Virus record (IMG/VR): IMGVR_UViG_3300028197_000002 | Length of the DNA stretch: 64,000 nt | Source of the DNA: a virus | Taxonomy: Duplodnaviria; Caudoviricetes | Strand: one strand, 5' to 3' | Translations under genes and position numbers: made by a program | In this document: one piece after another, positions 10,433 through 20,549 of the stretch | Layout: each line of letters starts with the position of its first letter | Position numbering within the stretch: the stretch's first letter is position 1 | Notes under the pieces: generated by a model | What the model was told of the DNA's origin: nothing | What the model saw: the letters and a program-made list of their open reading frames with translations, nothing else | Databases searched by the model: none

Positions 10433-10489
10433 AACTATAATAAGTATAGTAACTAAGTATATAAATGAATAATCAAATGAGGTATTTAA

Positions 10490-13003
10490 ATGGCTTGGTG
10501 GGATTTCTACAAAATTTGGACTTATGAATTTGAAAAAGGACCTTTAGAGTTATCTAAAATTTCCAAAGATTCTCAAATAACCGGCGCAGGAGTAACTGTT
10601 CCTGATGCCATGCCGGATTTGCGGGGAGAATTATGGAGTGGAGGAGCTAAAGGCCAAGTTCGACTTCATGACAGTAATGACTTTATTGATCTTTCTACTG
10701 TTACAAATAGACAGTCCAGATATAACGAATACGAAAGATTAAGAAACATACCAGAAATAGAAATGGCTATGACCACTATTTCTGATGAAGCTTGCGTTGC
10801 TGGAGATACTAAAATCTCCACTCTATTCGAAGGATACGTTCCGATAGAAAAGTTAGCAGCACGATGGAAAAAAGATCCAAGTCCTTTTCTTGTTTATTGC
10901 TGGGACTTTGAAAAACAAGACTACACTTTAGGTTGGGCTTATGATCCTAGATTTGTAAAAAGAGAAAAAACATTAAAAATAAAATTAGATGATGGAAGTC
11001 ATTTCATAGTCACAGCTGACCATAGGATTCTTGATGCAGATCAGAATTGGATTAACGCTGGAGATTTGAAAGAAGGCGGGGAGATTATGCCTTTTTATAA
11101 AATTAATCCTAATAGGTCTTTAAATAAAATTATTCATAACCAATTTCCAAGGATTTATACGAAAAATGGATGGAAAAATGAAAGACAATTCATAGAAGAT
11201 TGGAAATCTAATGGGTCTAATGAAAAACAAAAAGAAGTTCAGAAAGCCATAAGACTTTTGTCAAGTGGAGCTAGCACAAGACAAACAGCAGACATGATGG
11301 GGAGAAGCTGGCCTACGTTAGATTCTTGGATTAAAAAAGAAGGATTTACTACCAAAGAATTAAAATGGCTAGGAGAAAAAAGAAAACAAAGGAAAATTAT
11401 AGGCATTCAAGAATATAACGAAATGAATGTTTATGATCTTTCTGTAAAGAATCACAAAAATTTCTGTACCGACTCAACAATCATGCATAATTGCCAAAGA
11501 GACGATTATAATAATGTTTTGGAAATAGAGTGCGGCAACGAAGAAGTTAAAAAAGAGCTTGAGTTTTTATGTTTTAATAGAAAAATGTTGAACATAAATA
11601 GAAAAGCTTGGTCTATGGTTAAAAGACTTTGCATTTTTGGAGATGGTTTCTATGAACTAATAACAAATCCAGAAAGCCCAAAAGACGGCGTTTTAAAAAT
11701 GCAAGAGCTTCCTCCTGACTCTATGTATAAAATCGTCACTACAAAAGGAAAATTAGTAGAATTTCAACAATCTAAAGAAGGACCTGATTATCAATCCTTA
11801 ACAAGAGGCACTATAACAAAAGCTACAGATTTAGAATTAATGCAATCTACTGCCATAAGATTTAGTCCTCATCAAGTGGTTCATATGTATTTGGGCGAAG
11901 ATAGGAAAACTTTTTATCCATATGGTCAGTCATTGGTTGAACCTGCCCGAGGGCCAGCCCATCAGTTAAGATTAATGGAAGATGCAATGGTGGTTTACAG
12001 ATTAAGTAGAGCACCAGAAAGAAGAGTTTTTTACATTGATGTTGGACAACTTCCTCCATTTAAAGCAGAGGCTTTTGTGGAAAGAATGAAAGATCAATTC
12101 CGAAAAAAGAAGACGGGCCGTCAAGGAGGTCCGAACAACGCCAATGTTGTTGAGGAAAGATGGTCAGCACCAGCAGCAGATGAAGATTATTGGTTGCCTA
12201 TTCGACCTCAAGCTAATACAAGAATAGAAACATTACCGGGAGCGCAAAATCTAGGAGAAATAGATGACGCCCTGTATTTCAGAAACAAGCTTTTTACTGC
12301 GCTTAACTTTCCTAAAAATTACATAAACACAGAAGATCCTAATCAAACAAGAATAACTCTTTCTGCTCAAGATGCTAGATTCGCAAGAATGGTAGAAAGA
12401 ATTCAATCAAGTATAGAAGATGGAATTCTTCAGATATGTGAAACCCATTTAGAGATGAGAGGATTTCCATTTGATCAGTATGAAAATTTAAAAATTAAAA
12501 TGACTCCGCCAAGTGCTTGGAAAGAACTAAGTGAAGCGGAAATTCAAAATAATAGAATAAACGTAGTAACACAATTAAAAAGCTCTTTGATAATGTCAGA
12601 CTACGATTTATTAACTAAATTCATGAAATATACTGAATCTGAGGCTGAAGGTATTATATCTCGCAATAAAATACAAAAATTGGAAGATCTAAAAATTCAA
12701 GTTGTTGGACAAAATCCTCAATTATTAGGAGTAGGCACTCCGGGAAATAATGAAGAAGGAACAGAGATAGGAGTTAATGCAGAAGGTCCAAATCCGATGC
12801 TCGGAATAGATGGAGAAAATCAAGAATCTGGACAAGAAGGAACTCCAAATTTAGAAGATATGTCTGATCAGGGGTCAGATGCTAAATCTAATGTTGAGCT
12901 AGAATCTCCCTCAGATGAAGAAATTAAAAAATATGATTTGGGAATAGAAAATTATAATAAAACAGTTGATGATGAAGTAATTGACTGGAGCGAGGAGGAA
13001 TAA
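10490..13003 (+). CDS. gp20: portal protein (T4 gp20-like) interrupted by an intein
   Basis: YRLSRAPERRVFYIDVGQLP, EDYWLP, LPGAQNLGEIDDALYFRNKLFTALNFP. Confidence 0.95.
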   Translation: MAWWDFYKIWTYEFEKGPLELSKISKDSQITGAGVTVPDAMPDLRGELWSGGAKGQVRLHDSNDFIDLSTVTNRQSRYNEYERLRNIPEIEMAMTTISDEACVAGDTKISTLFEGYVPIEKLAARWKKDPSPFLVYCWDFEKQDYTLGWAYDPRFVKREKTLKIKLDDGSHFIVTADHRILDADQNWINAGDLKEGGEIMPFYKINPNRSLNKIIHNQFPRIYTKNGWKNERQFIEDWKSNGSNEKQKEVQKAIRLLSSGASTRQTADMMGRSWPTLDSWIKKEGFTTKELKWLGEKRKQRKIIGIQEYNEMNVYDLSVKNHKNFCTDSTIMHNCQRDDYNNVLEIECGNEEVKKELEFLCFNRKMLNINRKAWSMVKRLCIFGDGFYELITNPESPKDGVLKMQELPPDSMYKIVTTKGKLVEFQQSKEGPDYQSLTRGTITKATDLELMQSTAIRFSPHQVVHMYLGEDRKTFYPYGQSLVEPARGPAHQLRLMEDAMVVYRLSRAPERRVFYIDVGQLPPFKAEAFVERMKDQFRKKKTGRQGGPNNANVVEERWSAPAADEDYWLPIRPQANTRIETLPGAQNLGEIDDALYFRNKLFTALNFPKNYINTEDPNQTRITLSAQDARFARMVERIQSSIEDGILQICETHLEMRGFPFDQYENLKIKMTPPSAWKELSEAEIQNNRINVVTQLKSSLIMSDYDLLTKFMKYTESEAEGIISRNKIQKLEDLKIQVVGQNPQLLGVGTPGNNEEGTEIGVNAEGPNPMLGIDGENQESGQEGTPNLEDMSDQGSDAKSNVELESPSDEEIKKYDLGIENYNKTVDDEVIDWSEEE
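10793..11491 (+). mobile_element. 233 aa class-1 intein in the portal (aa 102-334)
   Basis: Block A CVAGDTKI, block B VTADHRIL, block F VYDLSVKNHKNF, block G HN followed by Cys+1; spliced extein reads ISDEA-CQRDD. Confidence 0.92.
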
Positions 13004-13054
13004 TAATAAAAAACGTATCTTTGATGCATACTATACATCTAGAAGTGATCACTC

Positions 13055-13091
13055 AATGATTAGTAATTGTCGAACAATTACTTGAATCATT
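13055..13091 (+). promoter_or_regulatory. 16-bp bulged hairpin in the leader of the head-gene operon
   Basis: aatgatt-agtaattgt / acaattact-(tg)-aatcatt, upstream of SD AGGAG. Confidence 0.5.
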
Positions 13092-13126
13092 TATTAATAA
13101 ATGAATAAATTAGGAGCATTATACCT

Positions 13127-14869
13127 ATGAAGAGAAAACTCATCGAATTCGATGTCTTCGAACAAATAAAAGAAGGCTCGCTTTCAAAGGCTGAAAGTGA
13201 ATTAATCGAAGCCGCATCGTACTTAGAAAAAACACTAAATTTAGAAGCAGTTAGTTTAAACTGCTTTGATCAAGATCAAGTGTTGTACGAAACAATTGAC
13301 GGTTCTTATGTAAAAGCAAGCTACACAATAAGCGAAGGCGTTGTGGAATTTGATGACATAGAACAATTAGTAATTAATGAAGAGTCAGAAAAGCAAAAAT
13401 CAAAAGAAATAATTTCTCAAATGCTTGAAAGCTTAATTGAATCTGATGACGAAAAAGCAGAACATTTTTTTGAGCAATGGCTAGATGCGCCATTTGCAAA
13501 AAGAATTTATAGCGAAATGAGAAAGAAGAGAGTAGTTCCAAAGCGCAAAGATGGGAAAATTGTCGGTTATACAACAGCTTACTGGAGCGTTACTCCTAAG
13601 AAAAGACAAAAAGCTTCCACAAAAATTGCCAGAACAAAAGGCAAAGTAAAATCCCAAAGAAAAACGTCTCCTGCTTTAAAGCGTATGAGAGCTTCTCAAA
13701 GAAGCAGAATGAAATCCGCTTTAGGAAGAATGGCAGAGTGGCAAAATATTTCTGAAAATACAGCAATGTATGTTCAGAAAAATAATAATGGGAACATAAA
13801 TGTAGAAAGCGCATTTGACAAAAAAGGCAATATAACTTGCGTTAAAGTTCCTACATCGAATTCAAGAGATAAATCTAGATCTTTGCAATTAGATTGGAAA
13901 ACTTTAAACAGTGAAAGCATTCAAAAAAGAAAAGATGCTTTTGTATTAATTGAAAATAATGATTTTGTAAAATTAGTTTCAAACTTAAGAAAGCAAAATG
14001 CATTGTCGAAAACAAATGAATTCCAAGATTTGCTAGAAACACTAGTAACAACATGGTCAGAAGTTGTTTACTTGACAGAAAAAGAGCTTTCTGAAGCTGT
14101 TAAGTTCTGCTTGGAAACAGTTGAAGATAAAAACTATGATGATGAAACTTGCGAATACATAGCAGAAAGCATTCTTAAGACAGCTCATGTAAACTTAGAA
14201 GACAGAGTTTCCAAAATACTAAAGCTCTCTGGCACTCAGTTAAATGAAGACCAAGAGCAAAACACATACGAAAGCTTTAAAAAGGTTTGTGAGGATTATA
14301 TCAATAAAATTGAAGAATCCGCCGCCGAAGAAATGCAAGTTTTTGTTGATCTTTATGAAGCATTAAGAAGTGTTCATGAAATAGCCAAAGAAGAAGAAGA
14401 AAAAGAAATAGTCTCTGAAGTTTCTTCAATATTGAATAATTTAATTAAAGTTATTCAAGAAGAAAAAGAGCCTTCTTTGAAATTAGCTTCGGAAGCATCA
14501 GCATGGCTCCATGACTTTGTTCAAGCTAATTTAGTATCAGAAGATTGGGAAGCAGAAGAGCCTCATGAGTCTTCGGAAGGAGACACAGTAGATTATGAAT
14601 CTGAAGTTCATATCTCTACGGATGGCGCAGAAGAAAATGAAGGTGAAGAACAAGCCAAAGACGGACTTGGAAATGAAGAAGGAAAGGATGTTTATCCAAA
14701 AATAGAAAATCCTTTCTTGCTCAAGAACGCTTCTCATGACGATTGTAAAGTACATGGCGAAGAAGAAAAGGAAGGTTTAGGAGATGACTGTTGTGACGGC
14801 AAAGATGTTTATCCTGAACTTAAAAATCCTTTTCAAAAAGCACACGGCAAGGAAGCACAAGAAAAATAA
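13127..14869 (+). CDS. large prohead core/scaffold-associated protein (position of T4 gp67/gp68)
   Basis: Between portal and protease; acidic with a central K/R-rich block and a duplicated GKDVYP.(I/L).NPF tail. Confidence 0.6.
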   Translation: MKRKLIEFDVFEQIKEGSLSKAESELIEAASYLEKTLNLEAVSLNCFDQDQVLYETIDGSYVKASYTISEGVVEFDDIEQLVINEESEKQKSKEIISQMLESLIESDDEKAEHFFEQWLDAPFAKRIYSEMRKKRVVPKRKDGKIVGYTTAYWSVTPKKRQKASTKIARTKGKVKSQRKTSPALKRMRASQRSRMKSALGRMAEWQNISENTAMYVQKNNNGNINVESAFDKKGNITCVKVPTSNSRDKSRSLQLDWKTLNSESIQKRKDAFVLIENNDFVKLVSNLRKQNALSKTNEFQDLLETLVTTWSEVVYLTEKELSEAVKFCLETVEDKNYDDETCEYIAESILKTAHVNLEDRVSKILKLSGTQLNEDQEQNTYESFKKVCEDYINKIEESAAEEMQVFVDLYEALRSVHEIAKEEEEKEIVSEVSSILNNLIKVIQEEKEPSLKLASEASAWLHDFVQANLVSEDWEAEEPHESSEGDTVDYESEVHISTDGAEENEGEEQAKDGLGNEEGKDVYPKIENPFLLKNASHDDCKVHGEEEKEGLGDDCCDGKDVYPELKNPFQKAHGKEAQEK

Positions 14870-14883
14870 AAAAGGAGGAAATC

Positions 14884-15690
14884 ATGGAACTTTTAGTAGA
14901 ACATGACATGTCTCCCGGAACAGTTTATGAAAATAAATTAATTTTGGGTGGTGCGTGTTCCGCTGTTTTAAACGAAATGAATCTACATGAATCTTCGGGT
15001 GCTAATGGTACTTTAGTTAAATTCAAAGGTAAATTTCAAGAAGCAGAAGCGGTAAACAAAAACAAAAGAATGTATCCATTTGATGTTTTAGATTCTAATG
15101 TCAACGCATTAAATGAGTGTATTTCTAATGGAGGTTTAATTGGAGAATTAGACCATCCAACTGACTCTATTATTCATTTCGCAAATGCATCTCACAAAGT
15201 TAGCAAACTTTGGTGGGACGGCAAAACGCTAATGGGCGAGGGAGTCATTCTAAATACCCCAAGTGGTAAAATTCTAAAAGCACTCATCAATGATGGTGTG
15301 CGAGTAGGAATTAGCAGTAGGGGTGTTGGAAATGGTAAGGTTAACGAGGAAGGCATATTGGTAATCGGAGAAAGTTACAAGTTAATAACATTCGATGCTG
15401 TGGCTGATCCTAGTACCTCTCAAGCTTTTCAAGAGCGCGTAGTCTCAAAAGAAAGCATAGATTCTATTCCTGTGCCACAAGCAGTAGAAAGCAATAAATC
15501 AGAAGATTCTTTGGAAGCTGAAGTAGCTCAAGAGGCTATAGCGGTAGAGTCCAAAGAAGAAAAAGATGAAGTAATTGCTAATAAAAACGAATCTAGCAGC
15601 ATAGATAGATTAAGTAAAGATTTAATAATTGCTGCTTTTGGTAATATTGTTCAAGAACAAGCTAGTAAATTAAAAACGAGGTCGAGCTAA
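14884..15690 (+). CDS. gp21: prohead protease (T4 gp21-like)
   Basis: NKNKRMYP, GELDHP, GISSRGVG, DAVADPS. Confidence 0.95.
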   Translation: MELLVEHDMSPGTVYENKLILGGACSAVLNEMNLHESSGANGTLVKFKGKFQEAEAVNKNKRMYPFDVLDSNVNALNECISNGGLIGELDHPTDSIIHFANASHKVSKLWWDGKTLMGEGVILNTPSGKILKALINDGVRVGISSRGVGNGKVNEEGILVIGESYKLITFDAVADPSTSQAFQERVVSKESIDSIPVPQAVESNKSEDSLEAEVAQEAIAVESKEEKDEVIANKNESSSIDRLSKDLIIAAFGNIVQEQASKLKTRSS

Positions 15691-16610
15691 TGGAAAAAAT
15701 CGTAGAAGCATTAACAAAGTTACTACCTGAAGATTCTGTGCAGGAAGTAGCAGAGGCAGTCACAGTTGAGCTTGAAAAAGCAAAGCAGGATTATGAGCAA
15801 GAGTTTAACTCTAAGCTTGAAGAAGCCTATGCAGAACTTTCAACAGAATTACAAGGTACAGAAGAAACAGCCCTTAAGGGTTACCAAGAAGCTTACGCTA
15901 TAATTGAAGATCTTCGAAATAGACTCGGAGTTCAACAAACAGAGTTTGAAGCTTCAATGGAAGAAGGATACGAAGAGGCATATCAAATGCTTCAATCTGA
16001 AAAGTCGAAGAATGAGAATTTAGAAGTAGAAATGTATGATCAATTCAATGATAAGCTTTCAGAAATGAAAGAATACATGGTTGATAAAGTTGATGCATTT
16101 TTGCAATTTAAAGGAAAAGAGCTTTATGAATCTGCTCGTGTTGAATTGTTAAACGATCCAGCAATTGCAGAGCAAAAAGTTATACTTAACAAAGTTGTTG
16201 AAACAATATCTGACTATATATCAGATGAAGATTACAATAACGCTGTTAATTCTAAGTTGACTGGTGCCGAAACTGAACTCGAAAGTCTTAAGAGTCAAAC
16301 AAAGATTCTTGAAGCTAGAAACATCAGACTCAGCACAGAAAACAACAAACTCAATGAAGCTGTCCGTGAAGCTGAACAAGTCATCACAGAAAGCGTCAAA
16401 GAGGAAAAGCAAGAAAGAGTTGAAATGGCCAAGAATGCGCAGGGGAGAGGACGTGCTGTCAACGATTCCGAACTTGTTGCAGAGTGGAGCGACGAAAAGG
16501 CTGAAGGATCAGAAAAACAACAAAACGTTGACACAACTTTAGTAGAAAGTCTTGACCCAGAGTTCTTGAAACAGATTCAAGTTCTTGCTGGAACCAGGGC
16601 TGCAGAATAA
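15690..16610 (+). CDS. gp22: prohead core scaffold protein (T4 gp22-like)
   Basis: Acidic coiled-coil protein between protease and MCP; MKEYMVDKVDAFL motif. Confidence 0.8.
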   Translation: MEKIVEALTKLLPEDSVQEVAEAVTVELEKAKQDYEQEFNSKLEEAYAELSTELQGTEETALKGYQEAYAIIEDLRNRLGVQQTEFEASMEEGYEEAYQMLQSEKSKNENLEVEMYDQFNDKLSEMKEYMVDKVDAFLQFKGKELYESARVELLNDPAIAEQKVILNKVVETISDYISDEDYNNAVNSKLTGAETELESLKSQTKILEARNIRLSTENNKLNEAVREAEQVITESVKEEKQERVEMAKNAQGRGRAVNDSELVAEWSDEKAEGSEKQQNVDTTLVESLDPEFLKQIQVLAGTRAAE

Positions 16611-16655
16611 TTTTATATTTCTTTAGTAAAAAAGTATCAAGGAGAAAACAATATC

Positions 16656-18083
16656 ATGCAAGCAAACGCTAAATTTTTAAATGAAGCAAGAGAGCTTGAG
16701 TCTCGTTGGGCGCAAACCGGTTTGCTAGAGAACATCAATGACAAGTACACACGTTCTTGCACTGCCGTTCTTTTAGAAAACCAGAGGCTCATCAACGAAG
16801 CTTCTACTGACTCTGGTGATGTAAGCCAGTTCAAGAGAATCTCAATCCCTCTCGTAAGAAGAATATACCCACAGTTGATCGCAAATAAGGTCGTATCAGT
16901 TCAACCTTTACTTGGCCCAACTGGATTAGTTTATTACCTCAGATTCCGTTATGGAAGTAACAAGGGCGCTATTCGTGGTGCAACAAAAGCTGGATTCCCA
17001 GCTGATGATGCAAACTCGATGCAACAACTTGCTTCTGGTGATGGTAATCTTTCAGTTTACTACTCGCATCAGTTCGTTGAAAACGAAACTCAAGAAGATG
17101 CCGGTGGTGCAGCTGTTGTAAACCACGTTTTAGAGCATACTCCAGTTCTTGCTGGAACTCTAACAGGTACGGCTTATGACGGTGCAACTGCAGTTGCCAC
17201 ATTCGTCATTGACGAAAATGGTGCTGCAACTATGACCGACATTGGCACACCAGCAGTCACTGCTGATGACGCTGCTATTAACTTAACCACAGGCGCTTTG
17301 GATATCACATTCTCTGCTGACCCGGGTGTTAATAGTGTAGTTGTATCTTATGAGTACAACATGGAATGCAATGCTGATCTTCCAGAAGTCAATCTTGTTA
17401 TTGAAAGCGAAGAAATTGCAGCCAAAACTCGTAAGCTCAAAGCTGTTTGGTCATACGAAGCTCAACAAGATCTTCGTTCGCAGCACAATCTTGATGCAGA
17501 AGCTGAATTGACAGCTGTTCTTGCTCAAGAAATTAATCTTGAAATCGACCGTGAAGTTCTTGGTGACCTTCGCAACAATGCTGGTACAGTCGCTTCTTGG
17601 GACTTTAACACAGCACTTGGCGATACCATCAAAGAAAAATACGAGTCCCTCTATGTCAAAGTTGTTGAAGTCAGCAACGTTGTTCATCGTAAGACTCTTC
17701 GTGGTGGTTGTAACTGGATTGTCACAAGCCCAGAAGTTGCTTCGATCTTCGAAACAGCTACTGCCGGTTTTGCACCAGCTCCGGGTGAAGGTTTCACAAG
17801 TAGCCTCGGCATCCAGTATGTCGGCACTGTAAACAATCGCTGGAGACTCTATAAGGACCCACTTTTCCCAAGTGGTCAAGTTCTTATGGGTTACAAGGGT
17901 GATAGTTACATGGATAGTGGATACTTCTACTGCCCATACGTACCACTCACACAAACACCAGTGGTTCTCGATCCAGATTCCTTCTGCCCACGCAAGGGAA
18001 TTCTTACTCGATACGGCAAGAAATTACTCCGAGAAGGAGCAAAATTCTACGCCAGACTTTCGATTGCCAACTTCGTCATCTAA
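16656..18083 (+). CDS. gp23: major capsid protein (T4 gp23-like)
   Basis: IPLVRRIYPQLIA, VQPLLGPTGLVYYLRFRY, AKTRKLKAVWSYEAQQDL, EINLEIDRE, FYCPYVPL, TRYG. Confidence 0.97.
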   Translation: MQANAKFLNEARELESRWAQTGLLENINDKYTRSCTAVLLENQRLINEASTDSGDVSQFKRISIPLVRRIYPQLIANKVVSVQPLLGPTGLVYYLRFRYGSNKGAIRGATKAGFPADDANSMQQLASGDGNLSVYYSHQFVENETQEDAGGAAVVNHVLEHTPVLAGTLTGTAYDGATAVATFVIDENGAATMTDIGTPAVTADDAAINLTTGALDITFSADPGVNSVVVSYEYNMECNADLPEVNLVIESEEIAAKTRKLKAVWSYEAQQDLRSQHNLDAEAELTAVLAQEINLEIDREVLGDLRNNAGTVASWDFNTALGDTIKEKYESLYVKVVEVSNVVHRKTLRGGCNWIVTSPEVASIFETATAGFAPAPGEGFTSSLGIQYVGTVNNRWRLYKDPLFPSGQVLMGYKGDSYMDSGYFYCPYVPLTQTPVVLDPDSFCPRKGILTRYGKKLLREGAKFYARLSIANFVI

Positions 18084-18110
18084 TTTTGACGATAATTTGG
18101 ATAAAAAAGA

Positions 18111-18141
18111 AGCCTTGGCCGGAAACGGCCAAGGTTTTTTT
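18111..18141 (+). terminator. intrinsic terminator after the major capsid gene
   Basis: agccttggccg GAAA cggccaaggtt followed by a T-run. Confidence 0.92.
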
Positions 18142-18279
18142 ATGTACTTTGCTAATCAGCTTTACTTTTTCTATTTTTAATAACTTTGGATTCTTCTCTT
18201 TTTAGTCCATAAAGCATTAGTAATGCAATTCCTAATTCAATTGCCCATGCTGTTATTCCCGCAAAAAATGCTTTCATTT

Positions 18280-19464
18280 TTAATTTTTCCAACCATTTTC
18301 TAGTATTCTCATAGCATTAGAATACATTATTTTGTTTATAGTAGAATTGTGATATCCCATGCCTTCTAGGTATCTAACTATCCAAGGAAGATCTTCAACA
18401 TATGCTATTTCATCTGGAGGATCTGTAAATCCGTCAAAATCCGTACCTATAGCTGGAACTTCTTCTCCAGCAACATTTATTATATGATTTAAGGTTGATT
18501 CTACGTGATGAAGTCCTGACCCTTCTGGCTTGTGGGGAGAAAGCCAGTAATTCATAAATATAACACCTACAGTGCATTTTCTTTTAGCAAACCATTTAAG
18601 CTCATCATCAGATAAATTATACGGAAGTCTATGAAGTGCTTGTACGCCTACATGAGAAGCTATTACAGAGCAGTCTTTGTCGTAATCATCAACTATATTG
18701 TAAACATCTTGTCGGCCTTTAGGAGTTAAATGAGAAACATCTATTATCATTCCTATTTCTAGCATCTGCTTTGCTATTCGTTTTCCTAACTCTGTTAGTC
18801 CATATCTTTCATCCCAAGTTCTTCTTAAACTTACATAATTTTTAATTGTTTTTCTTTCTGGTTCTGGGTATGGGAAAACGCAAGATTTAGTTAATGGATT
18901 ATTATAAAAATGAGCGAGAGTAAGATAAGCACAACCTTTTTCACTTAGTTTATTCAAACATTCTGTAATCGAATATTCTGAGGATACTAGTGAATGACCT
19001 CCCTCGACAGAATGCACAACAGAAGAAATTCCTTTTTCTTGATTTTCAAACAACTCAATAGGATTTCTAGCTATTTTAATTCCAACTTCTTTTGAAATTT
19101 CTTTTTCTAAAAAATCCATCATTCCAATGCAAGCTTCATAAGGACTTGGATTCAATATTCTCTTTCTAAATAAAGGAGAAAATTTAGAAAGAAATTTTAT
19201 AAGTGGAACATCATTTAGCCATTCTTTTTCTAAAACATAAGTTGTAGCAAGAGTTACATTGATATTATCTCTGAGCAAAGGAATTGTACTTCTTTGACTT
19301 AAAGGCCAAAAACTATCTCTAAATAATTTTCCTAAAAACTTTCTTTTACTCAATGTTCTTTCAAGCATATATCCTTTTAAATGAACATGATTATGCAAGT
19401 CTACAATCTTTACTGGGAAATCGCTTGCAATGTGTCTGTCTGTCTTAAGCATATTACTAATCAT
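18280..19464 (-). CDS. membrane dipeptidase (M19 family, amidohydrolase fold)
   Basis: VDLHNH, SVEGGH, YLTLAH, GMIIDVSH, IASHVG, NLSDDEL, AIGTDFDG. Confidence 0.9.
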   Translation of the reverse strand: MISNMLKTDRHIASDFPVKIVDLHNHVHLKGYMLERTLSKRKFLGKLFRDSFWPLSQRSTIPLLRDNINVTLATTYVLEKEWLNDVPLIKFLSKFSPLFRKRILNPSPYEACIGMMDFLEKEISKEVGIKIARNPIELFENQEKGISSVVHSVEGGHSLVSSEYSITECLNKLSEKGCAYLTLAHFYNNPLTKSCVFPYPEPERKTIKNYVSLRRTWDERYGLTELGKRIAKQMLEIGMIIDVSHLTPKGRQDVYNIVDDYDKDCSVIASHVGVQALHRLPYNLSDDELKWFAKRKCTVGVIFMNYWLSPHKPEGSGLHHVESTLNHIINVAGEEVPAIGTDFDGFTDPPDEIAYVEDLPWIVRYLEGMGYHNSTINKIMYSNAMRILENGWKN

Positions 19465-19525
19465 ATGTACACTTTCTAAACAGACAACAATAACCTAAGT
19501 AATTTAAAATGTAAAGTTTAAAAAT

Positions 19526-19565
19526 AAAAAAAGCCGGTTAACAACATTTCTATTGTTAACCGGCT
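19526..19565 (-). terminator. intrinsic terminator closing the candidate large RNA
   Basis: Perfect 13-bp stem agccggttaacaa (19532-19544) / ttgttaaccggct (19553-19565) with a U-tract on the minus strand. Confidence 0.9.
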
Positions 19566-20543
19566 CTCTTAGGCAGAACTTTCAATTTTCAATCCGCTAA
19601 TCTTTTGGGACAAACGAATCGAGCAAACATAGTCCATCACTGTTATTGTAGTAAATCACGGGTACGTTTCTGCCGTTGTGCTTTTAAACACACCCTTGGC
19701 TTATTTTGCCAACCCATGAGTGATAGTCGTAGTCTTTTAGCAACTCACTTTTCCTTAGCACTAATCAATTTCTTGCAGAATACTTGCCTGTTACCAGCAG
19801 CCCCTTCTGCGATTCTTTTCATAGTGATCCAAATTAATTTACTCCTAAAATTTACCACAACTTTCCTGTTATTATCGTGTTCAGGCAGACACGTCGTTTC
19901 TAAGATCTTTTTTGCGATGTTTACACATCTGATCTAGGCTCAACATCATTATTCACTACCGCCGTAGTTGCTCTGCACAAGGCAGAGGGCTTATCGAAAA
20001 CAAACTACTGAGTTTTCGATTTATCCCATGATGCTTATAGGATTGTTCTCAAGTTCTTTTGAGTTACTTTTCTTTCAAAAAATAATGCGTTCTCAAATTT
20101 CTTTAAGTCATTTGCCAGACTTTAATTTTATAACTATTTCTAATTATAAAATTTATAACCTAGCCATCCCATAACCGAAGCTCATCGTAGAGTTCCAAAA
20201 AGACTCTGCTATTATTAAAAACAATTTCGAATGAAGTTATTTTATAATTAGCACATTCTTGCGAATGTACTAGCTTCAAGATTAAGGCACTCTTGCGAAT
20301 GCAAAACCTTTCAGCAATAGTTCGATCCTTTCGTTCTGCTTCTACTAAGAATTTACAAACTTAGCTTTCACAGACCCAGCTCAAATAGGGTTTTGGCTTT
20401 TGTACTTAAAAATCTGCTTTCACAGATAATTAACCAGCCCTACGATTTATTTTTTTCACAAGCATCTTTCGATACTTGCAAGGACTTTTTTCAATTGTCA
20501 AAGATCAATTCAATGAGTTGTTGCTTCCAACGTGTCATTGATG
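19566..20543 (-). ncRNA. candidate giant structured non-coding RNA (~1 kb), family unassigned
   Basis: No minus-strand ORF of 60 aa or more; promoter, leader and terminator bracket it; hairpins capped by GAAA, GCAA, GCAA and GUAA, a 9-bp helix at 19993-20020, and a long-range GGCAGAA/UUCUGCC helix. Confidence 0.75.
20495..20506 (-). promoter_or_regulatory. boxA-like antitermination sequence GAUCUUUGACAA
   Basis: Resembles rrn boxA (GxUCUUUGAAAA/UGCUCUUUAACA) and directly follows a 5' hairpin. Confidence 0.55.
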
Positions 20544-20549
20544 TTTCCC

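Noticed and set aside
19620-20495. RNase P-like AAAGUCC and group I intron-like GACUAC/AUAGUCC words in the RNA region
   Set aside because: The partner elements (RNase P CR-V, the P7 partner in the correct order and strand) are missing; no group II domain V or tmRNA/tRNA ends were seen
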